Source: a virus. From it: a DNA stretch of 64,000 bases. The stretch lies in IMG/VR virus record IMGVR_UViG_3300044701_002547, positions 1 to 64,000 of that record; one strand, given 5' to 3'. The first letter of the stretch is position 1. Each line of letters begins with the position of its first letter. Shown piece by piece: positions 1-11,500 of this stretch. Made by a program: the position numbers and the translations under genes. The notes below the pieces were generated by a model that was not told the origin of the DNA, did not search any database, and saw only the letters and a program-made list of their open reading frames with translations.

Positions 1-1049
1 CGCTCACACAACAACAAACACAAAGGGGGTGGTTCGATGTCTTGGATGACTGGGTTAAACGTGATCGCTTCATATTTGTGGGTTGGTCTGGATTACTTCT
101 TTTTCCCACTGCTTATTTGGCCCTTGGCGGCTGGCTTACTGGCACAACGTTTGTTACTAGCTGGTACACCCACGGGTTGGCGTCTTCTTACCTTGAGGGT
201 GCTAATTTCCTCACGGCAGCTGTGTCAACGCCTGCTGACGCTATGGGTCATTCTCTTCTTCTACTTTGGGGTCCTGAGTCTCAAGGGGATTTCGTCAGGT
301 GGTGCCAACTTGGGGGACTCTGGACTTTTGTGGCGCTCCACGGGGCTTTCGCTCTAATTGGATTTATGCTCAGGCAGTTTGAGATTGCTCGTCTTGTAGG
401 CATTCGTCCTTATAACGCAATCGCATTCTCAGGTCCTATTGCCGTATTCGTTTCTGTATTCCTGATGTATCCACTGGGTCAATCCAGTTGGTTCTTTGCT
501 CCATCCTTCGGGGTAGCAGCAATCTTCAGGTTCCTGCTGTTTCTTCAGGGTTTCCACAACTGGACCCTCAACCCCTTCCATATGATGGGAGTTGCTGGTA
601 TACTAGGAGGTGCCCTTCTATGTGCAATTCACGGTGCAACAGTCGAAAACACACTATTTGAAGATAGTGAACAAGCAAATACGTTCAAGGCATTTGAACC
701 AACACAAGAGGAAGAGACCTATTCGATGGTTACTGCTAACAGATTCTGGTCTCAGATTTTCGGTATTGCCTTTAGTAACAAGCGTTGGTTGCACTTTTTT
801 ATGCTTTTCGTTCCAGTTATGGGTCTCTGGACTTCTTCTATCGGCATCATCGGTCTTGCTCTTAACCTCCGTGCTTACGACTTTGTAAGTCAAGAGATTC
901 GTGCCGCTGAAGATCCAGAATTCGAGACGTTCTATACAAAGAACGTGCTTTTAAATGAAGGATTACGTGCTTGGATGGCTCCAGTAGATCAACCAGGAGA
1001 ACGTTTCGTATTTCCCGATGAGGTGCTTCCGAGAGGAAATGCTCTTTGA
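1..1049 (+). CDS. psbD: Photosystem II D2 protein, 5'-truncated by the window edge
   Basis: The frame is open from nt 3 ([30 protein letters not shown]...) and ends EVLPRGNAL. The track start at 42 is an internal TTG. Confidence 0.99.
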   Translation, partial: LTQQQTQRGWFDVLDDWVKRDRFIFVGWSGLLLFPTAYLALGGWLTGTTFVTSWYTHGLASSYLEGANFLTAAVSTPADAMGHSLLLLWGPESQGDFVRWCQLGGLWTFVALHGAFALIGFMLRQFEIARLVGIRPYNAIAFSGPIAVFVSVFLMYPLGQSSWFFAPSFGVAAIFRFLLFLQGFHNWTLNPFHMMGVAGILGGALLCAIHGATVENTLFEDSEQANTFKAFEPTQEEETYSMVTANRFWSQIFGIAFSNKRWLHFFMLFVPVMGLWTSSIGIIGLALNLRAYDFVSQEIRAAEDPEFETFYTKNVLLNEGLRAWMAPVDQPGERFVFPDEVLPRGNAL

Positions 1050-1055
1050 TTTCAT

Positions 1056-1077
1056 AAGACCCTTCGGGGTCTTTTTT
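1056..1077 (+). terminator. Rho-independent terminator after psbD
   Basis: AAGACCC-TTCG-GGGTCTT hairpin (cUUCGg loop) followed by a T run. Confidence 0.92.
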
Positions 1078-1110
1078 ATGGTATAATACCTTCGTTGAGA
1101 TAAATATTTT

Positions 1111-1118
1111 TATAAATA
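1111..1118 (+). promoter_or_regulatory. T4-type late promoter
   Basis: TATAAATA 21 nt upstream of the endonuclease ATG. Confidence 0.75.
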
Positions 1119-1139
1119 ATAATAGTTATAGAAGGTAAA

Positions 1140-1691
1140 ATGAAAAAGAGTAGAATTGGTGAAATCTTTGGTCGTCTCACAATAGAAAAAGAATATCAAT
1201 CTCCCTGTAAAAAATATGTTCTTTGCGAGTGTTCTTGTTCCTGTGGTCGCAACACTACTAAAACCAGAAGGCACGAAATAGTTTCTGGTAAAGTTCAATC
1301 TTGTGGTTGTCTTCGTAAAGAAAGGTCAATAGAGTTTAATAAGTCAAGATTTGACCCTAATGCAATATCAAAAACAACTGAATATAAGATGTATGCAAGG
1401 GCAAAGAGTAGGGCAAAGAAAAACAATTTACCCTTCAATATTGAACTTGATGATATTATTATTCCAGAAAGATGTCCATTGCTTGGTATAGAAATTGAAA
1501 GCACGGAAGTTAGAAACTCTCCAAACAATCCTTCATTAGATAAAATTATTCCAGAAAAAGGATACATAAAAGGTAATGTGTGGGTCATAAGCAATAGAGC
1601 AAACACTCTCAAAAACGACGCTTCCCTACAAGAACTTCAAATATTAGTAGAAAATCTTAAATCTTATTCACAAAAAGGAAACCCATTATGA
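1140..1691 (+). mobile_element. Free-standing HNH/His-Me-finger homing endonuclease gene downstream of psbD
   Basis: N-terminal FGRLT...CECSCSCG...SCGC Zn-binding motif; C-terminal CPLLG...SLDKIIPEKGYIKGNVWVISNRANTLK nuclease motif; has its own late promoter. Confidence 0.8.
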
Positions 1692-1822
1692 CCACACAGT
1701 ATCTTTTATACTTGGTTCTCTTTGTATTTGCTCTGATTGTGATTCTCAATGAGGATCACGATAATGATGATGATCAAGACGGGGGTATTTTACAACCCGT
1801 CTATTCCCAAGGACAAAGTTGA
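1688..1822 (+). CDS. 44-aa single-TM membrane peptide with acidic tail (not in ORF track)
   Basis: MTTQYLLYLVLFVFALIVILNEDHDNDDDQDGGILQPVYSQGQS; ATGA overlap with the upstream stop; DDD-GG-x-x-x-PV pattern recalled from cyanophage small proteins. Confidence 0.7.
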   Translation: MTTQYLLYLVLFVFALIVILNEDHDNDDDQDGGILQPVYSQGQS

Positions 1823-1830
1823 AAATAAAT

Positions 1831-1859
1831 AAAGGAGTTCCAAAAGAACTCCTTTTTTT
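1831..1859 (+). terminator. Rho-independent terminator
   Basis: AAAGGAGTTC-CAAAA-GAACTCCTTT plus T run. Confidence 0.88.
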
Positions 1860-1925
1860 ATGCTTACAATACTCGCAGCATTCATAGCATTCGGTATGTT
1901 CCTCTTCCTTCTATCCCTCATATGA
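1860..1925 (+). CDS. 21-aa hydrophobic micro-ORF
   Basis: MLTILAAFIAFGMFLFLLSLI; ATGA overlap with the next ORF. Confidence 0.4.
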   Translation: MLTILAAFIAFGMFLFLLSLI

Positions 1926-2062
1926 TAACTTCTACAACTCCAGACAAACTCGCAGAGATACTCAGAGACACTTGGCCTGGTCTTTACAGACCTATAAAAA
2001 TGGATTATAATAAGGAAAACAATAAAGATGATGAACGAATACTGGATCGTAACAGAGAATAA
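1922..2062 (+). CDS. 46-aa hypothetical protein
   Basis: MITSTTPDKLAEILRDTWPGLY...; resembles small cyanophage hypothetical proteins (from memory). Confidence 0.55.
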   Translation: MITSTTPDKLAEILRDTWPGLYRPIKMDYNKENNKDDERILDRNRE

Positions 2063-2303
2063 GACTGGGAGAGTAATTGCTCATTGTGGAGATATTAATG
2101 ATGCGATGATGATGGTTTCTTTTGATCCAGCAAATCGATCATATAAAAGAAACCGATTCATTATGGATCAGGTAATTGATGTATCTTCTACAACTGATAA
2201 ACAACTTCCTGGACAACAAGGGTTGCCTGCTGGTAAAGTAGAACAACTCAATCCTCATCGTGAAAGACTTCCAGAAGGACAACAAGAACCTATAGTAGTA
2301 TAA
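2028..2303 (+). CDS. Hypothetical protein
   Basis: 91-aa ORF in the co-directional run. Confidence 0.7.
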   Translation: MMNEYWIVTENKTGRVIAHCGDINDAMMMVSFDPANRSYKRNRFIMDQVIDVSSTTDKQLPGQQGLPAGKVEQLNPHRERLPEGQQEPIVV

Positions 2304-2405
2304 ATGGTGAAAAGAGACTCTGATATTACATTTTATGATGAGTGGCACTATGTCTATATCACTCTTAAAGAATTGATAGAAGTTATTATAACTCGAAATA
2401 AATAA
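2304..2405 (+). CDS. 33-aa micro-ORF
   Basis: MVKRDSDITFYDEWHYVYITLKELIEVIITRNK; TAAATG junction with the previous gene. Confidence 0.45.
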   Translation: MVKRDSDITFYDEWHYVYITLKELIEVIITRNK

Positions 2406-2424
2406 GTGTAAGTCGCAGTAATTT

Positions 2425-2796
2425 ATGGGACCTCTACATTCTCCAAAAGAATACTTGTTTAATTTATACACAACAAGTTCTGGGGAAGCGAAACGAATGT
2501 GGAGGCAGAAGATAAAAGAAGAATGGGGACATCAATGTGCTTATTGTGGATCTGATAAGAATCTTACAATTGATCATATTGTTCCTCAATCAAAAGGAGG
2601 ACTAGATAATACAAAGAATGTCGTGTGTTGCTGCCATTCTTGTAATCAATCTAAGGGGCACGAGCACTGGAAACTATGGTATGTCCAGCAAGATTTTTAT
2701 AGTGAAGAGAGATTTGATAAAATACAAGAATGGATGAAACCAGAAGCACCAACAAATCTATATTCTTATCGCCCAAGACGTAATAATATTTCTTGA
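2425..2796 (+). CDS. HNH endonuclease
   Basis: CAYCG...TIDHIVPQSKGG...NVVCCCHSCN...K motif. Confidence 0.92.
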   Translation: MGPLHSPKEYLFNLYTTSSGEAKRMWRQKIKEEWGHQCAYCGSDKNLTIDHIVPQSKGGLDNTKNVVCCCHSCNQSKGHEHWKLWYVQQDFYSEERFDKIQEWMKPEAPTNLYSYRPRRNNIS

Positions 2797-2851
2797 ATAA
2801 ATAAATCAAGGCAATATATATTGCTTTTTTGGTAAATACCGAATGTAATAA

Positions 2852-5221
2852 ATGGCAACTCCGATTCGTATTAAAAGGTCTGCTGTACCCGGTAAAAGAC
2901 CTGCGGTTTCTGATTTAAGAACTGGCGAATTAGCACTAAACACGTTTGATGTAGAACTCTATACCCTCAGAGATAGATTTTCGCAGACTGGTATTGCTAC
3001 GGAAGTTGTTAGACTCGGTGCGGGTGCAACAGTTACTAATATTTTATATGTCACAACAGACGGAAGCGACACAAATACAGGAAGAAAACTTGGAGACGCA
3101 AAAAGAACAGTCGGAGCAGCACTCTCAATCGCAACAGAAGGATCCGTTATTAGAGTTTCTGCTGGATCTTATATAGAAAATAATCCTTTAATAGTTTCAA
3201 AACAAGTTTCTATTGTTGGAGATAGTTTAAGAGAAGTATCAATATCTCCACAAAATCCAAACGAAGATTTATTTTACGTTTCGGAAGGAAATTATATTGC
3301 TGAAATGTCTTACACAGGATCTTTGAATCTTGGTAAGGCAATTTTTTCATTTAATCCAAATCAAGTTGGATTTTCAAGTCAATCACCTTATATTCAAAAC
3401 TGTACTAATTTTATTCCAAATAGTATCGGAATGAAAATTGATGGTTCTAAATGTATTGGACCTTTGAAATCAATGGTTCTTGATTCTTATACTCAATATA
3501 ATCAAGGTGGTATTGGAATTTCAATTACGAATGAGGGATATGCCCAATTAGTTTCTCTTTTCACTATCTGCAACGACATTGCAGTTTTCTGTGGAAGTGG
3601 TGGTGCTTGTGATCTTACAAACTCCAACTCTTCTTTTGGAAATTATGGTCTCATTGCTGATGGTGTAGGACCTAAAAAATATACTGGAATTGTTACAGCA
3701 TCTGCGGAAATAAATTCTGATACTTTTGTTGTTGATTTGAATGTTCCTACACTTAATGTAGTTGATGCATCTTATGATAACGTAAGTGGGATTTTGACAG
3801 TGACTACAGATAATCCTCATAAGTTTTCTGTTGGCATGGGGGTGAGTATTGCTGGTCTAGGATTTACTTGTCCGTCTGGTCCAGGTATTGTTACATATCC
3901 ATCTGGAAATAAGGGTTATATTTTTGAGACCATAACGGTTGCTCCTGGAAGATATGTTGATAGTTATAATTTAATTCAGGCAAATCGCCAAGAAATTATT
4001 GATAGTGCTTATAATGCAATTGGTATTGCATATCCTGGATTTGTAGATCCAAGTCCAACTAAGTGTAAAAGAGACATAGGACATATTGTTGATGCAGTAT
4101 CTAAAGACGTTCGTGATTTTACGAGTGAAAATACACTAGCAGCAACAAAAATATATTTTAACATTGATGGATCGGGATTAATTAGTAATGGAATTCAAGG
4201 TGAAGTTCCTCAGACAATTGTTGGATTTACTTCAGCAAGAGATTTAATGAAGTTGGCGATTACGAATAATCTAACAAATAAAGATTTGTCTATAACACCA
4301 GATCCTTTGACTGGATCTAATATTGATCTTAATTCTTGTGCGAATGTTCGATCCTTTATTGATAATCTGGTTGGAATTATAACAACCAGATTGAATGCAG
4401 GAAATATTATTGGTGCTAATGCTTTACCATCTGTTTCTATGGCAAGTACTACATTTAGTGCTTATGTAGGAACTTCTACATTACCTCATACGTATAATTC
4501 TAACGGAACTGTTAAAATTGATGTAGTTCGTCCTTTTGATGGTCAGACCATTTATTTTGAAGATTTATATTATACAATAGGTGGAATTTCTGTTGGATCT
4601 GGTGGAACTGGATATACTGGAAATGCTGAAGTAACTATTCAAGTTCCAGATACTGGATGGGGAATTCCTGCAACTGCTGTAGCGGAAGTTAAGAATGGTT
4701 CTGTTGTTGCAGTTGAAATGGTTTCGAGTGGAAGGGGATATAGCAGTGTACCACCAATTGTTACATTTAGTACTCCAGATATAGGAATAAATACAGCAAC
4801 AGGAACCGCAAATTTGATTCCAACTTATTATGCAATTATAAAATCAACTCCTGTTTCTGCTGGAATATGTACTATTACCTTAAGTGATAATGTTCCTTAT
4901 GTAGTCGGTGTTGGTACGCAAGTTCCGTTTTTTAAACAAAGTCGTGTTTTAGCTTCTGGTCATTCTCTTGAATATATTGGTTCTGGTACTAATATTAATG
5001 CTGCTCTTCCTAAAAATGGTGGAGTTCCAATTCAAGAAAATGAAACTGATTCTAGGAATGGTGGTCTAGTTGTATTCACCTCAACAGATCAATCTGGTAA
5101 CTTTAGAATTGGTGATGGTGTTATTATTAATCAGCAAACCGGAACAATTAGCGGAACTTTCTATTCTAAGAGTTTATTTTCAACACTTACACCATTCATT
5201 CTAGCACTAGGAGGGGAATAA
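2852..5221 (+). CDS. Virion structural / tail fibre-associated protein
   Basis: N-terminal IRIKRSAVPGKRP...GELALN fibre-type motif; YVTTDGSDTN...KRTVGAAL...GSYIE beta-helix-like start; GGTGY/SGRGY repeats; preceded by a TAAATA element. Confidence 0.75.
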   Translation: MATPIRIKRSAVPGKRPAVSDLRTGELALNTFDVELYTLRDRFSQTGIATEVVRLGAGATVTNILYVTTDGSDTNTGRKLGDAKRTVGAALSIATEGSVIRVSAGSYIENNPLIVSKQVSIVGDSLREVSISPQNPNEDLFYVSEGNYIAEMSYTGSLNLGKAIFSFNPNQVGFSSQSPYIQNCTNFIPNSIGMKIDGSKCIGPLKSMVLDSYTQYNQGGIGISITNEGYAQLVSLFTICNDIAVFCGSGGACDLTNSNSSFGNYGLIADGVGPKKYTGIVTASAEINSDTFVVDLNVPTLNVVDASYDNVSGILTVTTDNPHKFSVGMGVSIAGLGFTCPSGPGIVTYPSGNKGYIFETITVAPGRYVDSYNLIQANRQEIIDSAYNAIGIAYPGFVDPSPTKCKRDIGHIVDAVSKDVRDFTSENTLAATKIYFNIDGSGLISNGIQGEVPQTIVGFTSARDLMKLAITNNLTNKDLSITPDPLTGSNIDLNSCANVRSFIDNLVGIITTRLNAGNIIGANALPSVSMASTTFSAYVGTSTLPHTYNSNGTVKIDVVRPFDGQTIYFEDLYYTIGGISVGSGGTGYTGNAEVTIQVPDTGWGIPATAVAEVKNGSVVAVEMVSSGRGYSSVPPIVTFSTPDIGINTATGTANLIPTYYAIIKSTPVSAGICTITLSDNVPYVVGVGTQVPFFKQSRVLASGHSLEYIGSGTNINAALPKNGGVPIQENETDSRNGGLVVFTSTDQSGNFRIGDGVIINQQTGTISGTFYSKSLFSTLTPFILALGGE

Positions 5222-5224
5222 TAG

Positions 5225-5566
5225 ATGGCATTAGCACTTAATGTATTTAAAACGATTACAAAGGTCGCTGGAACAAGTCCAGTTGGAATTTATACTGCAC
5301 CTATTGGATATACTGGTGTTGTTCTTTTAGCACAAGCAGCAAATATTGGAAACATCACTCAGACTGTTTCTTTTTCTCATCAAAGAACATCTGCAGGAAT
5401 TGCAGTTACTACGGAAATTTTGAAGCAATTTCCAATTTCTTCAAATGATACTGCAAATCTTTTGGCAGGAAAATTAGTTCTTGAATCTGGTGATGTACTT
5501 GTATTATCTGCAAGTAGTGCGACTGATATTAAGTTTTTGGGAAGCATCTTAGAGACACTTAACTAA
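5225..5566 (+). CDS. Small virion structural protein
   Basis: IYTAP...KLVLESGDVL...SILE beta-sandwich pattern typical of fibre-associated small proteins. Confidence 0.65.
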   Translation: MALALNVFKTITKVAGTSPVGIYTAPIGYTGVVLLAQAANIGNITQTVSFSHQRTSAGIAVTTEILKQFPISSNDTANLLAGKLVLESGDVLVLSASSATDIKFLGSILETLN

Positions 5567-5568
5567 AA

Positions 5569-8500
5569 ATGGCAAAATACACCAGCGGCAGACAAAAAAA
5601 CCTTAAGGTTGGAATATCTTCATATAGTGAAGATCTTACTTCAATACAGGTTATTGGAAACGTTGGTATTGCCACGACAAATGCAACATCTAAACTTTGG
5701 GTGGAGGGAGATGGATATTTTAGTGGTGTCGTTACTTCTAAGAATTTTTATGTAGGAGATCAATTAGTTGGTGCGGGGGGATCATTTGCAGATTTAACTG
5801 TTTCTGGTGTATCAACTCTTGGTATTACTTCAATTAGTCAATTATATGTTTCTGGAATTACTACTCTTGCTGCTCTTGGTGGAATCACGACTACTGGTGG
5901 AGATTTATATGTAGGTGGTGATCTTTATGTGAGTGATGATGTATTTTTTGATGATATTACCGCAAGAAATCTTAAAATTACTGGAATTAGCACTCTTGGT
6001 GTTACTACAGTCACATATTTAACTGCACAGAATATTAATTCTTCGGGTATTGTAACTGGATCTACATTTAGACCTTCAACTGGATTTGTTCAGGCGGCGG
6101 ATGGAACAAATGCGTTTTATATTTACGATGGTACTGGAAACGTAGCATTTCAGGGAACTATTGGTGCAAGTCAAATTAATAATTCTCAAGGATATAAAGT
6201 AATTGGATTTGCTGGAACTGATATTACCTTTGAGAATAATGTTTATACTGCAGGAGTTACAACTTCTGTCGGTGGTTTTGAGGGAGATTTAACTGGAACT
6301 GCGACTACTGCCACAAAATTAGAAACTGCAAGAACATTTGAAATTACTGGTGATGTAGTTGCTTCTTCAATTAGTTTTGATGGTACAGGTAACGTATCAT
6401 TAGCGGCAACTATTCAACCAAATTCAGTTGAACTTGGAACTGATACATTTGGAAATTATGTTCAGTCTATTTCTGGAACAGCAAATCAAATATATGTTAC
6501 CTCCGGATCTGGTGAAGGATCCACCCCAGTTGTTTCAATCTCAACTAATCCTATTTTACCTGGAAATGTAACAATTCAAAATGATTTACAAGTTAATAAT
6601 AACTTAAATGTAACTGGTAATATTACAGTTGGTGGAACAACTGCGTTAATTTATGCTGAAGAACTTGTAATAACTGATAAAGAAATTATCTTAGGATTTA
6701 CTACTGATGGTTCTGGTAATGAGGTTTCAAATGATATTACTGCAACTGGTGGTGGTATTGCAATTGCTTCAACAGAAGGAAACCCACTCGTAAATTTATA
6801 TGTTGCGGGAATTCATACTCATCCTAATACCTATAAGGATATTGCCTGGTTTAGGGCAAATTCAATTACTGGACTTGCAACTGATGCTTGGTTATTTAAC
6901 TATGCAGTTGGTATTGGATCAACTCAGTTTCCAAGTGGAACTCGTTTAGCAGTTGGTAATGTCCAAGTAACTGATACTGAAATTGCAGCTTCTAGATTTA
7001 TTGGAACTGCAACAAGTCTTGATATTAATGCACTTACGACAATTGTAGATCCTCAAGCGACTGATTTTATTGCAATTTATGATGTAAGTGGAAGTGTTGT
7101 GGGTAAGGCAACAATTCAAGATGCTGCCTTACAAGGAATTCAAGGTATCCAAGGTATCCAAGGTACGCAAGGTACTCAAGGAATTCAAGGTATCCAAGGT
7201 ATCCAGGGTATTCAAGGTACTCAAGGTACTCAAGGCACTCAAGGTATCCAAGGAACTCAGGGTACGCAAGGTACTCAAGGAATCCAGGGTATTCAAGGTA
7301 TCCAAGGAACTCAGGGTACGCAAGGTACTCAAGGAATCCAGGGTATTCAAGGAATCCAGGGTATTCAAGGTACTCAAGGTACTCAAGGTACTCAGGGTAC
7401 TCAAGGTATTCAGGGCATTCAAGGAACACAGGGAACACAAGGTACTCAAGGAATTCAGGGTATCCAAGGTACTCAGGGAACACAAGGTACTCAAGGAACT
7501 CAAGGTATTCAAGGTATTCAGGGTATCCAAGGTACTCAAGGTACTCAAGGTATTCAGGGTATCCAAGGTACTCAGGGAACCCAGGGCACTCAGGGAACTC
7601 AGGGAATCCAGGGAATCCAGGGCATCCAAGGAACTCAAGGTACTCAGGGAACCCAGGGCATCCAAGGAACTCAAGGTACTCAAGGTACTCAAGGTACTCA
7701 GGGAACCCAGGGCATCCAAGGAACTCAAGGTACTCAAGGTATTCAGGGTATCCAAGGTACTCAGGGAACCCAGGGCACTCAGGGAACTCAGGGAATCCAG
7801 GGCATCCAAGGAACTCAAGGTACTCAGGGAACCCAGGGCATCCAAGGAACTCAAGGTACTCAAGGTATTCAGGGTATCCAAGGTACTCAGGGAATCCAGG
7901 GCATCCAAGGAACTCAAGGTACTCAGGGAACCCAGGGCACTCAGGGAACTCAAGGTACTCAAGGTATTCAGGGTATCCAAGGTACTCAGGGAACCCAGGG
8001 CACTCAGGGAACTCAGGGAATCCAGGGAACTCAAGGTATTCAGGGTATCCAAGGTACGCAAGGAACTCAAGGTATTCAGGGTATCCAAGGTACTCAGGGA
8101 ACTCAAGGTACTCAAGGTATTCAGGGTATCCAAGGTACTCAGGGAACTCAAGGAATCCAGGGCATCCAAGGAACACAGGGTACTCAAGGCACTCAGGGAA
8201 CTCAAGGAATCCAGGGCATCCAAGGAACACAGGGGACACAAGGCACTCAGGGAACTCAAGGAATCCAGGGCATCCAAGGAACACAGGGGACACAAGGCAC
8301 TCAAGGTATTCAGGGTATCCAAGGTACTCAGGGTACTCAGGGTACTCAAGGAATACAAGGAACGCAGGGCACTCAAGGTACTCAAGGTACTCAAGGAATC
8401 CAGGGAATCCAAGGAACTCAAGGAACTCAGGGTATTCAAGGTATCCAAGGTACTCAAGGTACTCAGGGAATCCAGGGCATCCAAGGAACTCAGGGAACTC

Positions 8501-11500
8501 AAGGAACTCAAGGTACTCAGGGAATCCAGGGCATCCAAGGAACTCAAGGTACTCAAGGAATCCAGGGCATCCAAGGTACTCAAGGAACTCAAGGAACTCA
8601 AGGTACTCAAGGAACTCAAGGAACACAGGGTATCCAAGGAACAGTAGGACCGATTGCTGGATCTAATACTCAGGTTATCTTTAATGATAATGGAGTTTCT
8701 GGAGCTTCTACTAACTTCACATTTGATAAAACAACTTCAACGGTTCAAATTGGTGGTTCTGCTGGAACTGGTATTGGAATTAATACTAATACAATTACTG
8801 GTCCTTCGCAGATTACAATTGATCCTGCCGCAATTGGGAATGATACTGGTGTAGTAAGAATTAGGGGTGATCTTTATGTAGATGGAACTACCACAACAAT
8901 TAATTCAACCACCGTTGAAATCGCTGATGCTCAAATCGGTATCGCAACCACCGTAGGTACTAATATACTTCTTGATGGAGCTGGAATTGGAATTGGTTCT
9001 ACAAGTATTCGTAAGACAATTACATGGAACAATACCGCAAGCGCATTGACTTCAAGCGAAGATTGGAATGTCGCCTCAGGTAAACAATATGAGATTGCGG
9101 GAACTTCAGTATTAACTTCCACAACTCTTGGAACAGGAGTTACAAACTCAAACATCAGAAACGCAAACCCTGGATTTATTAGTGATAGACCTGAAGTATC
9201 ACCAGTAGCAAATGATTATCTTCTTTATGTCACTAATGATGGAACTACTTTAAGAAAAGCAACAATTCAAAATGCTGCTCTTCAAGGTATTCAAGGTATT
9301 CAAGGTATTCAAGGAACCCAAGGTACTCAAGGAATTCAGGGTATTCAAGGTACTCAGGGAACCCAGGGCACTCAAGGAACACAGGGGACACAAGGCACTC
9401 AGGGAATTCAAGGAACTCAAGGAACTCAAGGTACTCAAGGTATCCAAGGTATCCAAGGTATCCAAGGTATCCAAGGTACTCAAGGTACTCAAGGTACTCA
9501 AGGAATCCAAGGAACACAAGGACTTCAAGGTACTCAAGGTACTCAGGGCACTCAAGGAACTCAAGGTACTCAAGGTATCCAAGGTATCCAAGGTATCCAA
9601 GGTACTCAAGGTACTCAAGGTACTCAAGGTACTCAGGGCACTCAAGGAACCCAAGGAACCCAAGGAACTCAAGGAATACAGGGAACACAAGGAACACAAG
9701 GAATTCAGGGTATCCAAGGTACTCAGGGTACTCAGGGAACACAAGGAACCCAGGGTATCCAAGGAATACAAGGAACGCAGGGCACTCAAGGTACTCAGGG
9801 AACTCAGGGAATCCAGGGCATCCAAGGAACTCAGGGAACTCAAGGTACTCAGGGAACTCAAGGTACTCAGGGAATCCAGGGTATCCAAGGAACTCAAGGA
9901 ACTCAAGGTACTCAGGGCACTCAAGGTATCCAAGGTACTCAAGGTACTCAGGGCACTCAAGGTATCCAAGGAACTCAAGGTACTCAGGGAATCCAGGGAA
10001 TCCAGGGCATCCAAGGAACTCAAGGAACTCAAGGAACACAGGGTATCCAAGGTATCCAAGGAACGCAAGGCACTCAAGGGACTCAAGGTATTCAGGGTAT
10101 CCAAGGTACTCAAGGTACTCAAGGTATTCAGGGCATCCAAGGAACTCAGGGAACTCAAGGAATCCAGGGTATCCAAGGTACTCAGGGAACCCAGGGCACT
10201 CAAGGAACACAGGGGACACAAGGCACTCAGGGAATTCAAGGAACTCAAGGTACTCAAGGTATTCAGGGCATCCAAGGAACTCAGGGAACTCAAGGAATCC
10301 AGGGTATCCAAGGTACTCAGGGAACCCAGGGCACTCAAGGAATCCAAGGAACTCAAGGAACTCAAGGAACTCAGGGTATTCAAGGAACACAGGGGACACA
10401 AGGCACTCAAGGAATTCAGGGTATCCAAGGAACTCAGGGTACTCAAGGTACTCAAGGAATTCAGGGTATCCAAGGAACTCAGGGAACTCAAGGTACTCAA
10501 GGAATCCAGGGTATTCAAGGTACTCAAGGAACTCAGGGAACTCAAGGTACTCAAGGCACTCAGGGAACTCAAGGCACTCAGGGAACTCAAGGTACTCAAG
10601 GAATCCAGGGTATTCAAGGTACTCAAGGAACTCAGGGAACTCAAGGTACTCAAGGTACTCAAGGAATCCAGGGTACTCAAGGAATCCAGGGTACTCAGGG
10701 AACTCAAGGTACTCAAGGTATTCAGGGTACTCAAGGAATCCAGGGTACTCAGGGAACTCAAGGTACTCAAGGTATTCAGGGTATCCAAGGTACTCAGGGT
10801 ACTCAAGGTATTCAAGGTCGTCAAGGAATTCAAGGTATTACTGGTCCTGTAGCAGGTTCTGCAAATCAAGTTGTTTATAAAGATGCTTCGAATAATCCTA
10901 CTGGTTCTAATAATCTGACCTTTGATGGTTCCAATCTTTATGTTGGTGGCAACATTACTGTTGGTGGTACTACTGCATTCCTGGCCGTTAATGAAATTAA
11001 AGTAAAGGATAAAGATATTGTACTTGGTATTACTACTGATGCTTTTGGTAATGATATTTCTACCGATATAACTGCAAATCACGGTGGTATTGCTATTGCC
11101 TCTACAGTAGGAACACCTTTAATTAATATTGATGTTGTTGGTATTGATAGTATTCCATCCACATATAAGCAAATTATGTGGATTAAAGGTGGTACTTTAG
11201 GTGCTGGTACTACTGATGCTTGGATATTTAATTATGGTGTTGGTATTGGTTCTACTCAAGTACCTAATGGAGTTAGACTTGCTGCTGGTGGAATTCAAGT
11301 TGAAGATAATATTACCCGAATTAATGCTATTGATGTAGATAAAATTTCACCAAATGGTACTGATTTTGGTGCAGCAACTTATGTTCCAATTGCGAATGGA
11401 GATGGAACTTGGGGATGGGGTGCAGTAAGTTCAGCAGGTGCCGCAACAACAAGTTCTATTACAATTAAAGATGAAGGTAATTTAAAGGGTAACGCAACAA

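Noticed and set aside
37-893. Overlapping ORFs within psbD; possible intron in psbD
   Set aside because: The D2 frame is continuous, and the other frames have no recognisable features
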